Shown here: one piece after another, positions 58,650-64,000 of the stretch
How the letters are laid out: the number at the start of each line of letters is the position of its first letter
Position numbering within the stretch: the first letter of the stretch is position 1
Assembly (NCBI GenBank): GCA_041915365.1
Contig: JAYSBP010000004.1
Location: 51,963 to 115,962, forward strand
Source: Campylobacterales bacterium
GTDB taxonomy: Bacteria > Campylobacterota > Campylobacteria > Campylobacterales > UBA6016
DNA: 64,000 nucleotides
Reading direction: 5' to 3'
Translations under genes and position numbers: made by a program
The notes under the pieces: model-generated
What the model was told of the DNA's origin: nothing
Seen by the model: the letters and a program-made list of their open reading frames with translations, nothing else
The model's database searches: none

Positions 58650-59035
58650 CTCTCTTTTGTAAAATTAACCGAGTCTATTTCAATTACAGTATGGACATTC
58701 CCGCGAGGTTCAAAATCAAACGTAAGTTTCATCCATTTTGGAGCTAGTTTTGAGTAAAGGGTATCGAATACCTCATTTGCTACGTTTTCGTGCGAAATAT
58801 GCCTATTTCTGAACGAATTAACGTATAGTTTGATAGCTTTTAATTCTACTACTGACTTATTTGGCGTATATTCAAGGTATATAGTTCCAAAATCAGGATA
58901 GCCACTTCTAGGGCATAGTGCCGTAAATTCCGGCAATGTTATTTTGATAACATAGTTTTTGGTGTGTTCATTTGGCCAGATTTCGAGGTCTTTGTCGACG
59001 TCAAAATCGGCTACTATTTTCTCTCCGTATTTCAC
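58646..59035 (-). CDS. queF: NADPH-dependent 7-cyano-7-deazaguanine reductase QueF (type I)
   Basis: 129 aa. Catalytic Cys in FTALCPRSGYPDF and the QueF motif ELKAIKLY. Confidence 0.9.
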   Translation of the reverse strand: MKYGEKIVADFDVDKDLEIWPNEHTKNYVIKITLPEFTALCPRSGYPDFGTIYLEYTPNKSVVELKAIKLYVNSFRNRHISHENVANEVFDTLYSKLAPKWMKLTFDFEPRGNVHTVIEIDSVNFTKES

Positions 59036-61347
59036 TATACGTCCAAATGCTTAACGTCTTTTGCGTGCTCTTCAATATATTTTCTTCTAGGCTCTACCTC
59101 ATCGCCCATGAATAGTGTGAATATACCGTCAGCATCGCTGATATTTTCTACCATTACCTTCACAAGTCTTCTATTTTGTGGGTTCATAGTGGTTTCCCAC
59201 AGCTGCTCAGGGTTCATCTCACCAAGACCTTTGTATCTTTGGATATATGCGCCTTTTTTTGCCGCATCTTCTACATTGTCAAGAACGGTAAACACATCTT
59301 TACCGCCAAGAAGCGATAGATTTTTCTCTTTTAGTTTATTGAATATATGTATCGCTTCAGCAAACAAATGATTCGTAAAAAGATTGTCATCGACTATTAT
59401 CTCTTCAAGACCTGCATCTGTTTGGACAAATAAGTGTATTTTTTCTTCATCAAGAGTTTTTGAAAGGATATTAAAACCTATTTGTTTGATATAAGCCTCA
59501 AGGTCAGCAAATAGAGCATCATTTTCAAGAGCCAAAAGCTCCTCGTGCTCTATAAGCCTTTGTACTACTTTTACTAGTGAATATCTCTTTTTGAGCTCCT
59601 CTAATATATTTTTGTAATACGCCGTGACTCTAAGTATCTCTTTTATCTCTTTGTGGTCTTTTTCGTCAACACCGAGCGACTCGATACCATTTTCTATAAG
59701 AAAATCGCTAAGGGCATTTGAATCTTTAAGATATATCTCTTTTTTACCCTTTTTATACCTATACAGAGGCGGCTGAGCTATATAAACATTTCCATTGTGT
59801 ATTAGCGGATTTAGGAAACGATAAAAGAACGTCAAAAGAAGCGTTTGGATATGGCTTCCGTCTACGTCGGCATCCGTCATTATGATTAGTTTGCCGTATC
59901 TTAGTTTTTCAGGGTCAAACTCATCGCCTATCCCACAACCAAGAGCAGTTATGATATTTTTGATTTCATCTGATTTTAGGATTTTCTCTAGCCCTGATTT
60001 TTCAACGTTTAGAATCTTACCTTTTAGCGGAAGTATCGCTTGAAAAACCCTGTTTCTACCTTGTTTCGCACTTCCTCCCGCAGAGTCGCCCTCCACCAGA
60101 TATAGTTCAGTTATCCCTGAGTCTTTGCTTTGGCAATCTGCTAGCTTGCCCGGTAGAGTTCCTACGGTCATAGACTCCTTTTTACGGGTCAAATCTCTAG
60201 CTTTTTTCGCTGCTTCTCTACCTTTTGCCGCCAGTAGAGCCTTATTCATGATAGCTCTTGCTTCTATCGGGTTTTCTTCAAAATACTTAACAAGTTTTTC
60301 ATATGCTAGTTTTTGAACAAGAGGACGTACGTATGAGCTTCCTAGTTTTCCTTTTGTTTGACCTTCAAATTGTGGCTCAGGAACACGTACGGATACTATA
60401 GCGACAAGACCTTCTCTGATGTCGTCACCCGTTACTTTCGTATCTTTTTCCCTAGCATTTGCATTGGCCTCAACATACGCTGTGATAGCTCTCGTTAGAC
60501 CGGCTCTAAACCCGCTCTCATGCGTACCGCCATCACCTGTTTTGATATTATTGACAAAGCTTAAAACTTTTTCATCGTAGCTTTCATTGTACAATAGTGC
60601 GATGTCGGCCTCAATATCTTCTAGCTTATCACTAAAAGAAACTACCTTAGTTAGGGCTGTTCTCGTGCTTATATCTTCAACAAATTGTGCAATACCACCT
60701 TCAAATTTATAGACTTCTTTTGTCCCGCTTCTCTCGTCGTTTAGAGTAATAGATATTTTTGGATTTAGATAGGCAAGTTCTTTAAATCTTTTTGCAAGTA
60801 TTTCAAATTGGAATTCTACGGTTTCAAATATAGTACCGTCAGGCCAAAACTCTACTATCGTACCGTTTTTCTTTGTATCTCCGGTAATTTCAAGAAGATT
60901 TTGAGGAATACCTTTTTCAAAGTCTTGCTCATGGATTTTTCCATTTTTATGGATTGTTACATGCAATTTTGTAGAAAGGGCATTGACGACAGAGATACCG
61001 ACGCCGTGCAAACCACCAGAGACTTTATAAGTATCTTTGTCAAATTTTCCACCAGCGTGAAGTACTGTAAGAACAACTGTAGCAGCAGATATACCCTCTG
61101 TTGGGTGAATATCTACAGGAATACCCCTACCGTTATCTTTTACGATTGCAGAACCTGATTTTGTTAGCGTAACTTCTATAGTATCACAGTATCCTGCCAT
61201 CGATTCGTCGATAGAGTTATCAACCGCTTCATAAATAAGATGGTGCAGACCGCCTACGCTTGTGTCGCCGATATACATACCCGGTCTTTTTCTGACCGCT
61301 TCCAAACCTTTTAAAACTTTAATATTACCAGCGCCGTATTCGCTCAT
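59035..61347 (-). CDS. gyrB: DNA gyrase subunit B
   Basis: GHKL ATPase (GLHHLIYEAVDNSIDE, GGLHGVG) and Toprim (LVEGDSAGGSAKQGR, PLKGKILNVE). 770 aa. Confidence 0.95.
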   Translation of the reverse strand: MSEYGAGNIKVLKGLEAVRKRPGMYIGDTSVGGLHHLIYEAVDNSIDESMAGYCDTIEVTLTKSGSAIVKDNGRGIPVDIHPTEGISAATVVLTVLHAGGKFDKDTYKVSGGLHGVGISVVNALSTKLHVTIHKNGKIHEQDFEKGIPQNLLEITGDTKKNGTIVEFWPDGTIFETVEFQFEILAKRFKELAYLNPKISITLNDERSGTKEVYKFEGGIAQFVEDISTRTALTKVVSFSDKLEDIEADIALLYNESYDEKVLSFVNNIKTGDGGTHESGFRAGLTRAITAYVEANANAREKDTKVTGDDIREGLVAIVSVRVPEPQFEGQTKGKLGSSYVRPLVQKLAYEKLVKYFEENPIEARAIMNKALLAAKGREAAKKARDLTRKKESMTVGTLPGKLADCQSKDSGITELYLVEGDSAGGSAKQGRNRVFQAILPLKGKILNVEKSGLEKILKSDEIKNIITALGCGIGDEFDPEKLRYGKLIIMTDADVDGSHIQTLLLTFFYRFLNPLIHNGNVYIAQPPLYRYKKGKKEIYLKDSNALSDFLIENGIESLGVDEKDHKEIKEILRVTAYYKNILEELKKRYSLVKVVQRLIEHEELLALENDALFADLEAYIKQIGFNILSKTLDEEKIHLFVQTDAGLEEIIVDDNLFTNHLFAEAIHIFNKLKEKNLSLLGGKDVFTVLDNVEDAAKKGAYIQRYKGLGEMNPEQLWETTMNPQNRRLVKVMVENISDADGIFTLFMGDEVEPRRKYIEEHAKDVKHLDV

Positions 61348-61392
61348 GAAACCTCTTTTACTTCTTTGTTGCTACTTGTTCGTTGTTATTAA

Positions 61393-62460
61393 TTATAAAA
61401 ATATAGGCATTACTATAGTTATAAAATTGTCGCTTTTTAGTTCAAACGGCATATTCGGTTCGTTAAATCCAGCCGTAAACTCTTTTGAATCAATGCTAGA
61501 TAGAAAATCAAGTATAAATCTTGAATTGAAAGCTATTTGGTATTCGTTTTCTACGCTAGAGATGAACTCTACCTCCGTTTTAGCTTCCATGTTCTCTTCA
61601 GATAAGCTTTCAAATATGATTTTATCTCTCATAAAAGTCATTTTTATCTCATTTGAAATGTTGCTAATTTGCTTGATAGCCTCTATGATTTTATCTTTTT
61701 GAAGAGTTTGAACGTATTTCAGTTCTTTTGGCAAAATTCTGTGATAATCAGGGAATTTACCGTTAATTAGTTTTGTAAAGAATAGATACTGTTTTGTTTT
61801 GATAACTAGGTAGTTTTGGCTATAGAACATCTCTACATCATCAAAAAACAGTTTACCTATCTCTTGAATAGCTTTTTTAGGAATTATTATAGATAGTTCT
61901 TCTTTGTTTTGTTCATCTAGTTGAACTATGGCTAGTCTTTTTGTATCCGTTGATACTATGTTAACCCCACCTGTTTTTATATCAAGAAGTGCACCGTTTA
62001 GTTCGTATTTTGGATTGTTGTTATCTATTGCGGGAGTTATTTTTTTGAAAGCCCCGATTAGTTTTACAGAGTTAAGACCAATTTTTGGAAGATGCTCATA
62101 TTCAGGAAACTTAGGAAACTCTTTTGCGTCAAACGTAGGCATTTTGAGCTTAGAGCCTTTTTGTTTTACGGTTATATTGTTTTCGGAGTATTCTACGGTT
62201 ATATCTTCATCTTTTAGGTTTCTAACATAATCGGCTATTTTTTTACCGTTAGCTGTAGCAAAACCTTCCTCTACGATATTTACATCTTCGTTTGTTATCT
62301 TAAGGCCGATTTCATTATCTGTTCCTCTCAGAGTAAGAACACCTTCTTTTGCCTCTATGTAAACATGAGATGTTATCTGGCTATTATCTTTTTTTTCGAT
62401 AAATGGGATGATGTTTGATAGCATCTGTTCAAAGATTGTTTTGTTAACCGTAATTTTCAT
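61393..62460 (-). CDS. dnaN: DNA polymerase III beta sliding clamp
   Basis: 355 aa with the three-domain clamp pattern. Sits in the conserved dnaA-dnaN-gyrB position. Confidence 0.9.
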   Translation of the reverse strand: MKITVNKTIFEQMLSNIIPFIEKKDNSQITSHVYIEAKEGVLTLRGTDNEIGLKITNEDVNIVEEGFATANGKKIADYVRNLKDEDITVEYSENNITVKQKGSKLKMPTFDAKEFPKFPEYEHLPKIGLNSVKLIGAFKKITPAIDNNNPKYELNGALLDIKTGGVNIVSTDTKRLAIVQLDEQNKEELSIIIPKKAIQEIGKLFFDDVEMFYSQNYLVIKTKQYLFFTKLINGKFPDYHRILPKELKYVQTLQKDKIIEAIKQISNISNEIKMTFMRDKIIFESLSEENMEAKTEVEFISSVENEYQIAFNSRFILDFLSSIDSKEFTAGFNEPNMPFELKSDNFITIVMPIFL

Positions 62461-62597
62461 CTTCGCTCCTTCTTATTTTTAAGAAATTTTAGTAGTAGTA
62501 TTAGCATGGCGTGTTTAAGTGAAAAACTTTTGTCAGCGCCGTTTTAATAAAGCCTAAAAACAATTTGTTTATTATCCTTATTTTTCACTTAATTCAC
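62461..62597. other. dnaA-dnaN intergenic region with DnaA-box-like inverted repeat (candidate oriC sub-region)
   Basis: TTAAGTGAAAAA (62515-62526) and TTTTTCACTTAA (62581-62592) are a perfect 12-nt inverted repeat carrying the TTCAC core. An additional AATTCAC lies at 62591-62597, and an AT-rich stretch at 62470-62505. Confidence 0.45.
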
Positions 62598-63926
62598 TTA
62601 AACTTCGTTTTTAATCTTTATTTTGTTTTTTAGTTCTTCTAGTTTTACTTCAAAATCTCTATCGTTTTTGATAGTTTCGTTGATTTTTTTGATAGAGTGA
62701 CTAACTGCCGTATGGTCTTTCATCCCAAAATAAGTAGCGATGATAGGCATAGAGTTTGGTGTTAGGTTTCTGGCTAGATAAATGACTATTCTTCTTGCGT
62801 TTACTATCGATGTACTTCTTGATTTTGAGCGGATTTCACTAGGCTTGATATTCAGCTCTTTCGAGACTATCTCTACGATATGGTCTATTGTTATGTTTTC
62901 TCTTGTCTCTCTGAGCTGGTCTTTGAGGACATTTTTTGCAAACTCAAGGCTTATCTCTTGCCCCATCATTTTTGCAAATGCGTTTAGTTTGATGATGACA
63001 CCCTCTATCTCTCTGATGCTTTCACCCAAAGTAGCCGCTATGTAGCCTACGACTTCAGAGTTTAGATGTATGCCGTTTAGCTCACATTTTTTGTTTACGA
63101 TGGCTATCTTGGTTTCTAGCTCAGGAGGGGCGATGTCTGCTATAAGTCCCGATTCAAATCTGCTTTTTAGTCTTGCCTCAAGTCCGCCTATTTGTTTTGG
63201 ATGCTTGTCGGAGGTCATTACTATTTGTTTGCCGTTTGACTGTAGCTCGTTAAACGTATGAAAAAACTCCTCTTGAGTTCCTTCTTTGTTTGACAAGAAC
63301 TGTACGTCGTCTATTAGCAAGGCATCGCAATTTCTATATTTTTCACGAAATCTATCCATTGTTTGGTTGCGAAGGTGGGAGGTAAAATCATTCATGAACT
63401 GTTCGATAGTTGCGTATATGACATTTTTGCCCTCGCCGGTGATTTTATTGCCGATAGCTTGCAAAAGGTGTGTTTTACCGAGACCCACGCCACCGTAGAT
63501 AAAAAGTGGATTATATAGTTTTCCCGGTTTTTCGGCTACAGATATTGCGGCCGTATGTGCAAATTTGTTTGAAGAGCCCACGACGAAGCTGTCAAAAGTC
63601 CATGAGGGATTGAGTATTGTGCTTTTACTTTTTTGAGCTATAGATACGGCGTTGTCAAACTTTGCCGCCTCTTTTTTACTTTTTTTTGCCGCACCCACAG
63701 AGACTTTTACCTCTGGTTTTATCCCCGTTTGGAGTTCAAAAAGATGAGCGATTTTTGGACCGTATTTTGACTCTACCCATTTAGCTACGAATGGGTTTGC
63801 GGCTTTGAGCACTACGAGGTCTGATTTGGAAGCGTCTTCGTCAAATATAAGACCGACCAAATAGTTTTCGTATTCGACCTCGGAGAGTTCCGCTTTAAGA
63901 AGTTTTCGGATAGTATCAAAAATCAT
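62598..63926 (-). CDS. dnaA: chromosomal replication initiator DnaA
   Basis: AAA+ Walker A GGVGLGKTHLL, Walker B LLIDDVQF and the C-terminal DNA-binding domain (DHTAVSHSIKKI). 442 aa. Confidence 0.95.
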   Translation of the reverse strand: MIFDTIRKLLKAELSEVEYENYLVGLIFDEDASKSDLVVLKAANPFVAKWVESKYGPKIAHLFELQTGIKPEVKVSVGAAKKSKKEAAKFDNAVSIAQKSKSTILNPSWTFDSFVVGSSNKFAHTAAISVAEKPGKLYNPLFIYGGVGLGKTHLLQAIGNKITGEGKNVIYATIEQFMNDFTSHLRNQTMDRFREKYRNCDALLIDDVQFLSNKEGTQEEFFHTFNELQSNGKQIVMTSDKHPKQIGGLEARLKSRFESGLIADIAPPELETKIAIVNKKCELNGIHLNSEVVGYIAATLGESIREIEGVIIKLNAFAKMMGQEISLEFAKNVLKDQLRETRENITIDHIVEIVSKELNIKPSEIRSKSRSTSIVNARRIVIYLARNLTPNSMPIIATYFGMKDHTAVSHSIKKINETIKNDRDFEVKLEELKNKIKIKNEV

Positions 63927-63935
63927 TAAGAGCCC

Positions 63936-63944
63936 TGTGAATAA
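63936..63944 (-). promoter_or_regulatory. DnaA box upstream of dnaA
   Basis: TGTGAATAA is the reverse complement of TTATTCACA, an 8/9 match to the TTATCCACA consensus. It lies 10 nt upstream of the dnaA start. The window ends at 64000, so the rest of the region is not visible. Confidence 0.45.
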
Positions 63945-64000
63945 CGGTGTTAAAACTGTTTGAGATAGTATCTGAAAAATTATGAAAAACTATTGAATTT

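Overview
About 60 tightly packed genes from a Campylobacterota chromosome (Campylobacter/Sulfurospirillum-like; GC looks near 40% by eye, not computed). The window ends at the replication-origin locus: gyrB, dnaN and dnaA on the minus strand, with DnaA-box-like repeats on both sides of dnaA. Most of the window is housekeeping: nusA, miaB, tilS, rimO, panC, prfB, nrdAB, purB, rlmN, hisF, rsmA, RNase J, kpsF, rho, ispDF, thiC, priA and others, many with 1-20 nt overlaps. The block ispDF / atypical regulator / ATP-sulfurylase-like / pgpA matches, from memory, C. jejuni Cj1607-Cj1610. The best candidate for an undescribed system is a 7-gene operon at 50469-58649. It encodes a secreted two-domain rhodanese, a Tat-exported NarG/Ser/Ebd-clade (type II DMSO-reductase family) molybdoenzyme alpha subunit and a NarH-like FeS subunit. 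It also encodes a gamma subunit that fuses a haem-b EB_dh-type domain to a class-I cytochrome c, a small secreted Cys-containing protein, a TorD-like chaperone and a cytoplasmic polyferredoxin. It has no membrane anchor and no cld, so the substrate is unknown. Other non-core items: (1) a ~0.7 kb RHH/RelE toxin-antitoxin islet between tRNA-Ala(GGC) and a 38-nt copy of the tRNA 3' end; (2) a small accessory patch with an XRE regulator, palindromic operators, a lipoprotein and a hypothetical gene; (3) an isolated Maf (DUF115) glycosyltransferase divergent from a Ser/Thr-rich prepilin-like gene; (4) an ABC ATPase lacking its N-terminal ~30 aa behind a GC-rich junction; (5) a PilM/N/O-like gene trio; (6) a chemoreceptor with a CXXCH periplasmic domain; (7) an HP1021/Cj1608-type response regulator lacking the phospho-acceptor Asp. 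No CRISPR array, IS element, rRNA or obvious riboswitch was seen. All functional calls come from reading the translated ORFs and motifs, without database searches.
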